Source: a virus
Lineage: Duplodnaviria; Heunggongvirae; Uroviricota; Caudoviricetes
Direction: 5' to 3' (one strand)
IMG/VR virus record: IMGVR_UViG_3300009132_000002
Length of the DNA stretch: 64,000 nucleotides
Shown here: one piece after another, positions 54,580 to 63,167 of the stretch
Layout: every line of letters starts with the position of its first letter
How positions within the stretch are numbered: the stretch's first letter is position 1
The notes under the pieces: model-generated
Databases searched by the model: none
What the model saw: only the letters and a program-made list of their open reading frames with translations
Told to the model about the DNA's origin: nothing
Program-made: the position numbers and the translations under genes

Positions 54580-55229
54580 AATAAACTATATCCTTCTCCA
54601 TATCCATGTTTAGCTAAGCAACCTTCCACTTTTTGGATTGTTGAGAAATTTTCTTTTACTGAAATCGGCCAAGGATAAAATTCTTTTAGCCATGGAAAAT
54701 TATTATTATTAAAGAATATATCAGTAGGAGCCGCATCAGTTAAAGATTTTTCAAGAGCGGCTTTTGCTCCTTTTGGAGACATTACATATGCATGAGCACC
54801 TGGAAAATATTGTTTGGAAACTAAAGGTCCAATCCCAATGGATTGTGGAGTATTATATTTACCGTAAGATGGTTCCCCAAGAGAAACAATCATTTCGTTT
54901 CCATGCATTACATTAGTTGATATTGCATTATTAATTATAGCATCATGTTCGAGAATGAGATAGTTTTCTTTTCCTTTAGAACATAGCTCCCAAAGTGATC
55001 TATGAGATAAAAATGCAGATAAACAACTTTCATATCGTGAATATTTATTGTTCTCAAAGTTCTTTGTTGGAAGACCTTTATCTTTAAATAGTTTTACTGG
55101 GTCATCTTTCGGAGTGATACCAGAATGTTTTTTTACTATAAACCCATAACGACTTGCTGACTTTATACATCTTTCAGCTGCTTGCACAGACTCTTCAATG
55201 TTATCAACTGTTATAACAAAAGCTTTCAT
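54576..55229 (-). CDS. glycosyltransferase family 25-like (LPS beta-1,4-galactosyltransferase family), paralog 1
   Basis: MKAFVITVD...CLSAFLSHRSLWEL...YLILEHDA pattern; paralogous to 56572-57270 and 57815-58498. Confidence 0.55.
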   Translation of the reverse strand: MKAFVITVDNIEESVQAAERCIKSASRYGFIVKKHSGITPKDDPVKLFKDKGLPTKNFENNKYSRYESCLSAFLSHRSLWELCSKGKENYLILEHDAIINNAISTNVMHGNEMIVSLGEPSYGKYNTPQSIGIGPLVSKQYFPGAHAYVMSPKGAKAALEKSLTDAAPTDIFFNNNNFPWLKEFYPWPISVKENFSTIQKVEGCLAKHGYGEGYSLL

Positions 55230-55230
55230 T

Positions 55231-56028
55231 TTATAACCATCCAGATGCTTTTACAATTTTTCTTATATTACTATCCATTACGTCATTAAACTCTTCATCA
55301 GATTGTGGATATTTTAATCCTTCACTTAGTGCTCTACTAAAGCTTGCTGAGACTCCTCTATTCCGTGACATTCTTTTACATGCTTCTTTTGTGGAATATC
55401 CGCCACTGAGGAATACCACTTTGGCATTTGGTAGCAAAGTAAAATATTCATATAAATTTGGTTTTTCTGGTGGCGTAACTTTTAATATATACCGACCCTG
55501 AAACTTATTCAGTTTTGTTTCTAAATATGCTGATAAAAGATTTTCTATTTGCTCTTTCCAAGGATTGTCAATAGGAACTTCTGGTTCTATAATAGGAACT
55601 AATCCAGATTCTGCTATTTTTTCTGCATACATTATTTGTTGTTTTACTACTGGTATTACCATGTTTTCAGATATTACTATACTTCTCATTTTAGTTCCAA
55701 AACAACCATGATAGCAGGCGTATTGTATCATATCATCAACATCAAAAGGTTTTAAAGTTCCATCAGGTTCGCAGCCCTCATCAATCTTAATAATACTACG
55801 AATCCACTTTTTATCTAAAACATCAACAGCACCTCTTTCGACACTATCCTTATAAAGAATGGCACCATATATATTTTCACTTGTAAATTCTGGAGCAGAC
55901 ATCATTCTAAGACGAAACTCATGGATACGCTCCATTTTATTTTTCTCGTCCCATTCTCTATCATATAGATCAAGAACACCACCGGCACTACCACCACTAT
56001 TATCCATAGCTGCGATAAAATTACCCAT
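55231..56028 (-). CDS. class I fructose-bisphosphate aldolase-family protein (short, 265 aa)
   Basis: IAAMDNSGGS (compare ILAADESTG), IYGAILYKDSV (compare ISGVILFEETL), VVFLSGGYSTKEA (compare ITFLSGGQSEEEA). Confidence 0.55.
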   Translation of the reverse strand: MGNFIAAMDNSGGSAGGVLDLYDREWDEKNKMERIHEFRLRMMSAPEFTSENIYGAILYKDSVERGAVDVLDKKWIRSIIKIDEGCEPDGTLKPFDVDDMIQYACYHGCFGTKMRSIVISENMVIPVVKQQIMYAEKIAESGLVPIIEPEVPIDNPWKEQIENLLSAYLETKLNKFQGRYILKVTPPEKPNLYEYFTLLPNAKVVFLSGGYSTKEACKRMSRNRGVSASFSRALSEGLKYPQSDEEFNDVMDSNIRKIVKASGWL

Positions 56029-56042
56029 ATGTTTCTCCTGTT

Positions 56043-56381
56043 TTACTCATATGTTTCACCAGTTTCTCTAAAGAAGTTTCCGCTCCAGAAGGCCTTATCG
56101 TCTACCCATACGTCATAGTGTTCTTTTTCTCCAACACTTAATTCGTGATACTTAGCGCCCCAAGCCATTAGCTGCCGCCTAGTAAGCGGTTCATAATCTA
56201 TACCACTTGTAATACCGCGGGCAGTCATATATTTAATAGTGTGACCTAGGTCATATAATCTATTGATCTTTTCTATTCTATCCATATACGGGATATGGTT
56301 CTCATAATCTTTCTTACCACCACTATCTGGAATAATTACTTCTTTACAAATAGTTCCGTCAATATCAATTATATATTTCAT
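56043..56381 (-). CDS. small HAD-like phosphatase (112 aa)
   Basis: Motif I IIDIDGTI. Confidence 0.5.
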   Translation of the reverse strand: MKYIIDIDGTICKEVIIPDSGGKKDYENHIPYMDRIEKINRLYDLGHTIKYMTARGITSGIDYEPLTRRQLMAWGAKYHELSVGEKEHYDVWVDDKAFWSGNFFRETGETYE

Positions 56382-56569
56382 TCCATTAGCCTTTGCGCAG
56401 TTGTTTGCTTATAATCATATTCTTCTCTTATTTCAGGCTCATCACTCATTTTTTCAACCGTGTAAAGAGCTGAATGTCCTAAGTCTTTACACGCCAATGC
56501 TTCAGCATCTTCCTTTGTTGAACACATCGCAGTAATTTCACCATTTATTCGTTTTTTTACAGCCCACAT
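56378..56569 (-). CDS. hypothetical protein (63 aa)
   Basis: ORF track; ATGA coupling. Confidence 0.35.
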   Translation of the reverse strand: MWAVKKRINGEITAMCSTKEDAEALACKDLGHSALYTVEKMSDEPEIREEYDYKQTTAQRLME

Positions 56570-56571
56570 TT

Positions 56572-57270
56572 TTAACTCCTTGTAGTAGTTGATTTAAGAC
56601 CTTGTATATGAGTATAGAATTTTCTAGTTACTCCTAATCCATTTACAAGTTGTCGACACATAAGTGCATCATTCGGCCACATGCCATATCTATAAACCAA
56701 AGAAATCATTTGTTCTGCTCCTTCTGGTTTTATAAGGTATGCTGAGTTTCCAGCAAGTCCTTGAGGAACTTTCATATCCTCATCCACGTAAGGTGTTAGC
56801 TGAAATGCTTGTTTATTTTTTACTACCGTATTATAATATTCTCTTGCCCTACGAGTAGCACCAAGAGGATTATTTAAACCAACAATATCGAACCCCGTAT
56901 CATCTGGTATAAAATCTATTTTTTGAGCAAAATAAGCATCATGCTCTAATATGATAATAGGCTGTCTTCTTTCAAAGCAGAGTTGCCATAAGTAAAAATG
57001 GCTCATGGCACATGCCATTCTTGCCTTTGGATTAGCAGTTATATAGGCATGCTTTGTAAGACCTGTTGAAAAATCCACAACAGAACCTTCCCAAGGATAG
57101 TTCCATGTAACATCTTGATCTCGCATATCTTTTTCAACGGTATCAGGAGTAATGGCTTTAAACTGTTTTAGTTTAAATTCATTACCTACATCATATGAAC
57201 TTTTAGCTAAAGCGGCATATCCAAATTCAGATATTTCATTACCTTCAATTACTATAGCATAAGCTTCCAT
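56572..57270 (-). CDS. glycosyltransferase family 25-like, paralog 2
   Basis: MEAYAIVIEGN...CAMSHFYLWQLCFERRQPIIILEHDAYF. Confidence 0.55.
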   Translation of the reverse strand: MEAYAIVIEGNEISEFGYAALAKSSYDVGNEFKLKQFKAITPDTVEKDMRDQDVTWNYPWEGSVVDFSTGLTKHAYITANPKARMACAMSHFYLWQLCFERRQPIIILEHDAYFAQKIDFIPDDTGFDIVGLNNPLGATRRAREYYNTVVKNKQAFQLTPYVDEDMKVPQGLAGNSAYLIKPEGAEQMISLVYRYGMWPNDALMCRQLVNGLGVTRKFYTHIQGLKSTTTRS

Positions 57271-57281
57271 TTTAAAACCTA

Positions 57282-57602
57282 TTATCCTTTCTCATCAGTA
57301 TGGAACAAAATTCTATAATTTGGCCAATACGTTTGTGGTTTACACTGACAATAGTCATCAACATCACCAACAATATTTGGCACTTTCATAATCTCATAAT
57401 CAACACCCATTTTATAATTTCGTAATGCTAATATTATCTGGTGTCTAACCTCAGAATAATCATAAGAACTATTATTCGTATCCCTAACTTGAATGAGTAT
57501 TTGTCCTGTTTGTTTCCAAGCTTCCTCGAATATTTCAGTATCTTCTTTTTCCCAAGGTGCCCTTGCTAGCATTTGAATTGTTGGCTTTTGATAATCAAAC
57601 AT
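57282..57602 (-). CDS. hypothetical protein (106 aa)
   Basis: ORF track. Confidence 0.4.
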   Translation of the reverse strand: MFDYQKPTIQMLARAPWEKEDTEIFEEAWKQTGQILIQVRDTNNSSYDYSEVRHQIILALRNYKMGVDYEIMKVPNIVGDVDDYCQCKPQTYWPNYRILFHTDEKG

Positions 57603-57605
57603 TAT

Positions 57606-57750
57606 TTTTTCCCATTATAAAATTTCTTTTTCTTAATAAAATCTATAGAAATATAAATTCCAAGAATTATGAAACAACCAATGATCCAAATTGGCCAAAT
57701 CATATTAATGAATGTTCTATGCATCTTCTTCTTGTATTCAATAGTCATTA
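57606..57750 (-). CDS. small membrane protein (about 48 aa), below ORF-track cut-off
   Basis: MTIEYKKKMHRTFINMIWPIWIIGCFIILGIYISIDFIKKKKFYNGKK; early promoter cassette at about 57770-57795 points at it. Confidence 0.3.
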
Positions 57751-57764
57751 TTCTTTATACCACA

Positions 57765-57800
57765 GTTACGAGTAAAAGTAAACCCCTAAAATGCATTTAG
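57765..57800 (-). promoter_or_regulatory. early promoter cassette
   Basis: Plus gtaaaagtaaacccctaaaatgca. Confidence 0.4.
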
Positions 57801-57814
57801 CATAAGCTTCCATT

Positions 57815-58498
57815 TTAAAATCCGTGACTCATATTTAAATTTTTTAAAGTAAAAGTAAAATACTCAGGAACTACATATTGAATGTGAACATTGTGTGTAT
57901 TGATAAAAAAGTCACTTTGTTCCCATCCATGTTTCTTAACGGCACTTAGAAGCTTTTTGGCTCCTTTTGGATTAATTGCATAAGCAGCTGTTCCAGGAAT
58001 CATTAAAGAGTTCTTCCAAGTTCTGTTTGGATGTCTATATGGAATAGGAGAATCATTATAATCATTAATTCCTAATCTCCAAGAATTATTATAACCTAAA
58101 CTACTAAGGTGTTTAAACACTTGTTGTTTAAAAGCGCTTTCAATGTTTAATATTAACAATTCATCAAAAATATTATTTTTCCAAGGCCGAATGCAATCTG
58201 AATCTTGTTCTATAAATGCAACCGGTTCATTTAATTCGATGCATTTTTTCCATACTCTTATATGATTATTAAAACATGATTTCTTAGTTCTATATATCCC
58301 ATTTTTATCTTCTTTAAAAAAAGCGGCAGCTCTTGAACCTTCCGCAGTTGGTATATCATCGTAACTATCTAATGTTTCAGGTGTAACCCCTTTTATGGGT
58401 TCTACATCCCATCCATACCGTTTGCAACTTTCCATACAATATTTCATATAAGATTCTGAAGCTTTATGACCTTCTACATATATCACAAACGTTTTCAT
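57815..58498 (-). CDS. glycosyltransferase family 25-like, paralog 3
   Basis: MKTFVIYVEGH...VAFIEQDSD pattern similar to the other two paralogs. Confidence 0.55.
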   Translation of the reverse strand: MKTFVIYVEGHKASESYMKYCMESCKRYGWDVEPIKGVTPETLDSYDDIPTAEGSRAAAFFKEDKNGIYRTKKSCFNNHIRVWKKCIELNEPVAFIEQDSDCIRPWKNNIFDELLILNIESAFKQQVFKHLSSLGYNNSWRLGINDYNDSPIPYRHPNRTWKNSLMIPGTAAYAINPKGAKKLLSAVKKHGWEQSDFFINTHNVHIQYVVPEYFTFTLKNLNMSHGF

Positions 58499-59055
58499 CT
58501 TTTAAACCTATAGATTTTTGAATTTTTTTCTTTATTTTTAAAAGCTCCAATAAAGGTTAATCCAACATTAGTGGCCAATTCTAAAAGTTCTTGTTCACTT
58601 AACTCTAAAGGATCTGTAGATCTTGAAAGATTATTTTCTCCCCATCCCCATTCAATATATAATGATCCATTGGGTAAAAGCTGATCAGCCCAAGTCTGAA
58701 TGCATTTTTGAGGATCATAAGAATGATCAAATGAGTTTGAATATACTATATTAAATTTATTAAGCCATTCTTCTTTTGGTTCGTGAAAATCATGCTGTAT
58801 AGTCATCGGAAACTGAGATGCCGTATGAGATATTTCAGTTCCAATTATTTCTGCCATTTTAAAATGATCTTTAAAATACTCTTGTTCTCTTGCATTTCTA
58901 GTGCCATGGCAAAGGATTGCTGATGCTGTAAAATTTTCTTTACAGATTTTATTAATCACATCTTTTCTAACCCACACAGCTTTTAATTTTTTAACATTAG
59001 CCCGAGTTTGTTCAGAAACATATTCTTCATAATTTTTATACTTATAAATTTTCAT
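58495..59055 (-). CDS. putative class I SAM-dependent methyltransferase
   Basis: ILCHGTRNAREQ, NIVYSNSFDH, LLPNGSLYI motif-like segments. Confidence 0.4.
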   Translation of the reverse strand: MKIYKYKNYEEYVSEQTRANVKKLKAVWVRKDVINKICKENFTASAILCHGTRNAREQEYFKDHFKMAEIIGTEISHTASQFPMTIQHDFHEPKEEWLNKFNIVYSNSFDHSYDPQKCIQTWADQLLPNGSLYIEWGWGENNLSRSTDPLELSEQELLELATNVGLTFIGAFKNKEKNSKIYRFKR

Positions 59056-59056
59056 A

Positions 59057-59653
59057 CTATTTCCTTTTTATAGTAGCATGACCACATTTTCCAAGAGTAT
59101 AATGTTCATACATTCTCCACTCTTTATGTTCTTTTAAAAAAGTTTCCACTACTTTCCAAAGTTGAAATTGTGTTCCATTCATTGGGTTTCCAAGCTTTGT
59201 GTCATGTAAAGTAATAAATTTAGAAACACTTTTATGATGCAAATATAGTTCTTTTTTTAGGTGTTGTGGATTGTGCCAGCTATCAATATGTAGAAGATCA
59301 ACTTCTCGCACACTTTCTTCACTTATAGAGCTTGCTTCAATTAGTTCAAAGTTTATGTTATTCTTATCAGCATACTCCTGAAATATTTTTTTGAGTTTAG
59401 GAGTAAATCTATTTAAATTAATATCAACACCGTGAATACTTTTTATTCCTTGTTGCATAAAAAGTGCCATAGTCCTACCCTGAAAAACACCTAGTTCAGA
59501 AACGGTTTCTACTTTTTTTCCAAGTTTTATTAAATGCTTATATCTCTCAGTATCATGAATTCCATTGTCTGTGGCAGTGAATATTTCTTCATTAAGAATA
59601 AACTGACTCAAGTCCTCTAGTGAATTAAATACACTATAGTCACCTTCTTTCAT
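59057..59653 (-). CDS. TylF/MycF/CmcI-family (Methyltransf_24-like) sugar O-methyltransferase
   Basis: VSELGVFQGRT (motif I), LLHIDSWH, ITLHD. Confidence 0.5.
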   Translation of the reverse strand: MKEGDYSVFNSLEDLSQFILNEEIFTATDNGIHDTERYKHLIKLGKKVETVSELGVFQGRTMALFMQQGIKSIHGVDINLNRFTPKLKKIFQEYADKNNINFELIEASSISEESVREVDLLHIDSWHNPQHLKKELYLHHKSVSKFITLHDTKLGNPMNGTQFQLWKVVETFLKEHKEWRMYEHYTLGKCGHATIKRK

Positions 59654-59996
59654 TGCTCTTTACCTCTTTTATATCTTTATTGAAGAATTTAAATTGTAAC
59701 TTCTTCTTTATTTCATATCTTTCACTATTTAATTCATCTATTACTGATGCTAGTATTAGATTAGGATCTTTTCTTATTATTTCAAGCTTATCATAAATTT
59801 CTTCATTTAATCTAATAAGTTCTTTATATTCTTCTGATTCAATAATATCATGAAACTTAATTCCTAATTGAAATTCTAAGCTGTCATAATAAAAAACAAG
59901 TTGTTCTTTCGCGCCATTTAATTTTTTCTTTGCTTTTACTACTGCAATGCTTAAAAAATCAAATGCAAATGCTTCATCAACTTCAATAGTAACCAT
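59640..59996 (-). CDS. hypothetical protein (118 aa)
   Basis: ORF track. Confidence 0.4.
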   Translation of the reverse strand: MVTIEVDEAFAFDFLSIAVVKAKKKLNGAKEQLVFYYDSLEFQLGIKFHDIIESEEYKELIRLNEEIYDKLEIIRKDPNLILASVIDELNSERYEIKKKLQFKFFNKDIKEVKSNERR

Positions 59997-60651
59997 GCGA
60001 CAAATACCTATTATAATTTTTCCAAGTACCCAAATCTATATATTTACCGCCTTGGACAGTAGTAAATTTAAAACTATTAACAATTGTACCGACTTCACTA
60101 TATCTATTAAATAGCCCTTGTTTAATAGCATCACTTATATTTTGTCCGTCAAATTTTAATATTCCCCAAAAATTTTCAGTAGTGTTCATATCTAATTCTG
60201 TTTTTACATAAAATTTTTCACCAAATTTATCTAACCTATCAACTTTAGATTCGGAATCTGTTACAAATAATCCGGCTACCACACCACTTTCTTTAACCAT
60301 CTGAATGTATAAATTATCTTCAAAAATGGTATCTGGCATTCCAAATAAAACTATATCATTTTCCTTTATGTTTTCTATTCTATATGCTTCATATAAAACG
60401 TTTGCAAACCCTGTTTTGGATTGCTTATAATGTTTATACTCATTAGCGGTATAGAAAGAAGTGACATCTATTTTAAAATCATCACCGTGTATAAAAATTA
60501 TTTTTTCTGCTCCGGCTTCAAGCATTTTATTAACTAAATGATTTGATATCGGATTATATAAACTTGTATCTTTTTGAGGTAACATTTCTTTTGAAAAAGT
60601 TAACCCTAATCTTGTTCCTAATCCGCCTATTGGTACAACGCCCACAATCAT
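59983..60651 (-). CDS. sugar-1-phosphate nucleotidyltransferase (GalU/RmlA-type), short form
   Basis: N-terminal VVPIGGLGTRLGLTFSKEMLPQ matches the G-x-G-T-R-x(8)-K-x-x-L-P signature of glucose-1-phosphate uridylyl/thymidylyltransferases. Confidence 0.55.
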   Translation of the reverse strand: MIVGVVPIGGLGTRLGLTFSKEMLPQKDTSLYNPISNHLVNKMLEAGAEKIIFIHGDDFKIDVTSFYTANEYKHYKQSKTGFANVLYEAYRIENIKENDIVLFGMPDTIFEDNLYIQMVKESGVVAGLFVTDSESKVDRLDKFGEKFYVKTELDMNTTENFWGILKFDGQNISDAIKQGLFNRYSEVGTIVNSFKFTTVQGGKYIDLGTWKNYNRYLSHGYY

Positions 60652-61355
60652 AATATCTTGCTTTCTCTTAACATTTTTTCAATAGTTTTATAATTATTTG
60701 TTAAAACACCATCACCATGATAATTATGGTGTTGTCTTGTTCTTATCAAAAGTTTATTTTCTATTTTATCTATAAGACAAGAACGAAGGTGAGATTCTAT
60801 GGCACCGCCCCAATCATTATCATTTCTAACAGTCATTGGTAATGGAAATAAATGCTCTATACTATTTGGAACAAATGATAATATACTAGCATTAGGATAG
60901 TAATTGCCTTTCTTATTTTTATTTTTTCTTATACCAGTTCCAAATTGTGCATATGCTAAATCATAGTTTGATTGACTTAAAATTCTAAGAGTTTCTCCTG
61001 TAGTAAAGAAATGATCTTCAGCTAATAATAATACTTTTTCATTTAGACCTCTTACTTTATTAAATATGGAGTTATACCCCTCAGTAAATATTTGAAGATT
61101 TCTTTTACCTGGAGATCCCGATGTTATTTCATCATTATCAATTTCTGGACTAGTGTTAGTGTTATTTTTAAGTTGAGTTTTTTCATAAAAAATATGATTT
61201 ACATTTTCAATCTTATCAAGAGAATTATATTCGGATTTATGATTATCATAAAAACATAGACATCTTATATCAGCATCAGGAATAAAATGTCTTATACTTT
61301 TCACTGTAAGATTAAGTGTTTTATTTCTAAAATAATTTCTTAAATATATGATCAT
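60648..61355 (-). CDS. hypothetical protein, possibly GT-A-like transferase
   Basis: ORF track; cluster context; LLLAEDHFF acidic motif. Confidence 0.35.
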   Translation of the reverse strand: MIIYLRNYFRNKTLNLTVKSIRHFIPDADIRCLCFYDNHKSEYNSLDKIENVNHIFYEKTQLKNNTNTSPEIDNDEITSGSPGKRNLQIFTEGYNSIFNKVRGLNEKVLLLAEDHFFTTGETLRILSQSNYDLAYAQFGTGIRKNKNKKGNYYPNASILSFVPNSIEHLFPLPMTVRNDNDWGGAIESHLRSCLIDKIENKLLIRTRQHHNYHGDGVLTNNYKTIEKMLRESKIL

Positions 61356-62020
61356 TTATTTACCATTTTTTTAAAAAAATGACCTCTTCTGTTACTACCA
61401 TCTAAATGTTTAACTGTGGCAGGTAAATTAACTGTCCCGTATATCGAACCTTTAAAGTTTTCTACTGCAGTTAAATTCTGTTCAACACCACCTCTTTGAC
61501 CTTCTGGTGGAACAGTTATATGCGGAAGACCTTTCTTTATAAATTTTTCTCTATGTATTAAATGAGGATTATTTGATACTGCATCTGTCAAACAATAATC
61601 GTTTTTTATGATAAGATTTTTATCCCACTTGATTGCTAATGTTTGCCTTTTATTAAATCTCATGTGGATTAAATTATTATCATTCATAATTTTACAAATA
61701 TTATCTAAACTATGTGATATATGTTTTTTATTAAAAATCCAATCATGTTCTAACATAAATAAGAAATCGCTTTTAGATTCATTAACTGCTCTAATATATC
61801 CATCTGCAAAACAAGTTGTAGTATTTACCTTTGTAAAAATACTTTTAAGGTTTTTTTCATATATTTTAAATGATGATTTATTTGGTTTTGGGTCGCACCA
61901 AACAGTAGCATTCATACTACCAAAAGTTTCACAAAAGCTATTATATGTTGTTTTTATAGTATCAATATTTGGTGCATATTGTGTACAATTTGTGAAGATA
62001 TGAAGTTCTATATTATACAT
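61352..62020 (-). CDS. hypothetical protein, possibly transferase
   Basis: ORF track; cluster context; FMLEHDWIF. Confidence 0.35.
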   Translation of the reverse strand: MYNIELHIFTNCTQYAPNIDTIKTTYNSFCETFGSMNATVWCDPKPNKSSFKIYEKNLKSIFTKVNTTTCFADGYIRAVNESKSDFLFMLEHDWIFNKKHISHSLDNICKIMNDNNLIHMRFNKRQTLAIKWDKNLIIKNDYCLTDAVSNNPHLIHREKFIKKGLPHITVPPEGQRGGVEQNLTAVENFKGSIYGTVNLPATVKHLDGSNRRGHFFKKMVNK

Positions 62021-62021
62021 T

Positions 62022-63167
62022 TTACCACTTTGGAGAATTTAATATAACATCTTTATTAACTTTTTCCTTTGTGGAATCAGCAATAAAGAGAATGTCGTCA
62101 ATTAAACCATCACTTAACAATGTTGGTTTAAAACCTAAAGAAATAAGACCAGAGTTTTCAACCTCTAACTCATTCTTTGTAAGTTCCTTTCTTGGGTTTT
62201 CAAGATAATTTATCTCAACGTTGGCTTTTGATGAAATCATTTCGGCTAATTCTTTAACTGATCTTGTTTCAGCCACTTGGTTAAATATTCTCACTCTTTC
62301 AGTGTTATCAGGTCTATTTTCTAATGCAAGTTGTATACACTTAACACTATCTTTAATGTGTATAAAAGCTCTTGTTTGCCCACCAGTTCCGTAAACTGTT
62401 ATATTGTTTCCACTAGCCGCTTGCGAAATAAATCTGTTTAAAACCGTACCATATAATCCATCATAATCAAATCTATTAATGAGTTTATCATCTGCCTTTG
62501 TTTCGTCTGTTTGTACACCCCAAACCACACCTTGATGCAAATCTGTTATTGCTAAATTCCAATTCTTATTATAAAATTGAAATAGTATTTGATCTAAACT
62601 TTTTGTCATATGGTAAACACTACCGGGGTTTGTAGGATATAAAATATCCACATCCTTTTGTGTAGAATTAATCTTAATATTTAAATAACCTTCCGGCAGT
62701 TTTCCAAAGTCTTTACTATATCCATATACACCCATTGTACCAAGATGCACTAAATGAATATTTTTATCAACTTCTACAATAGCATTAAGAATATTATGCG
62801 TTGCACTTATATTTTTATCAACAGTTGATCTTCTTTCTCTTTCACCTAACATTGAATATGGTGCAGATTTTAATTCAGCTAAGTGAACTACTGCATCAGG
62901 CATGTACTTCTTAAATATATTTTCTAATCTTAAGTAATCTCCAGCAATATCACAAAACTCAAAATTTATTTTTCCAAAAATATTTTTTGCAGTTTTAAGT
63001 CTTACACCTATTGATTCAAGATCAGTTAAACTGTTACTTGACATTTCATCATCAAGTGCTCTGCGTGAAAAATTATCAACAATTGTAACCTCATGGCCTG
63101 CTGAAACTAATTTTAAGGTTGTTGGCCATCCACAAAATCCATCGCCTCCGAGCATTAATATTTTCAT
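62022..63167 (-). CDS. sqdB: UDP-sulfoquinovose synthase (SqdB/SQD1) homolog, SDR-family sugar-nucleotide enzyme
   Basis: Full-length collinear match to plant SQD1: MKILMLGGDGFCGW (SQD1 VMVIGGDGYCGW), APYSM, HLVHLGTMGVYG, DLHQGVVWGVQTDET (SQD1 DLNQGVVYGVKTDET), FDYDGLYGTVLNRFISQAASG..ITVYGTGGQTRAFIHIKDSVKCIQLAL. Confidence 0.8.
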   Translation of the reverse strand: MKILMLGGDGFCGWPTTLKLVSAGHEVTIVDNFSRRALDDEMSSNSLTDLESIGVRLKTAKNIFGKINFEFCDIAGDYLRLENIFKKYMPDAVVHLAELKSAPYSMLGERERRSTVDKNISATHNILNAIVEVDKNIHLVHLGTMGVYGYSKDFGKLPEGYLNIKINSTQKDVDILYPTNPGSVYHMTKSLDQILFQFYNKNWNLAITDLHQGVVWGVQTDETKADDKLINRFDYDGLYGTVLNRFISQAASGNNITVYGTGGQTRAFIHIKDSVKCIQLALENRPDNTERVRIFNQVAETRSVKELAEMISSKANVEINYLENPRKELTKNELEVENSGLISLGFKPTLLSDGLIDDILFIADSTKEKVNKDVILNSPKW

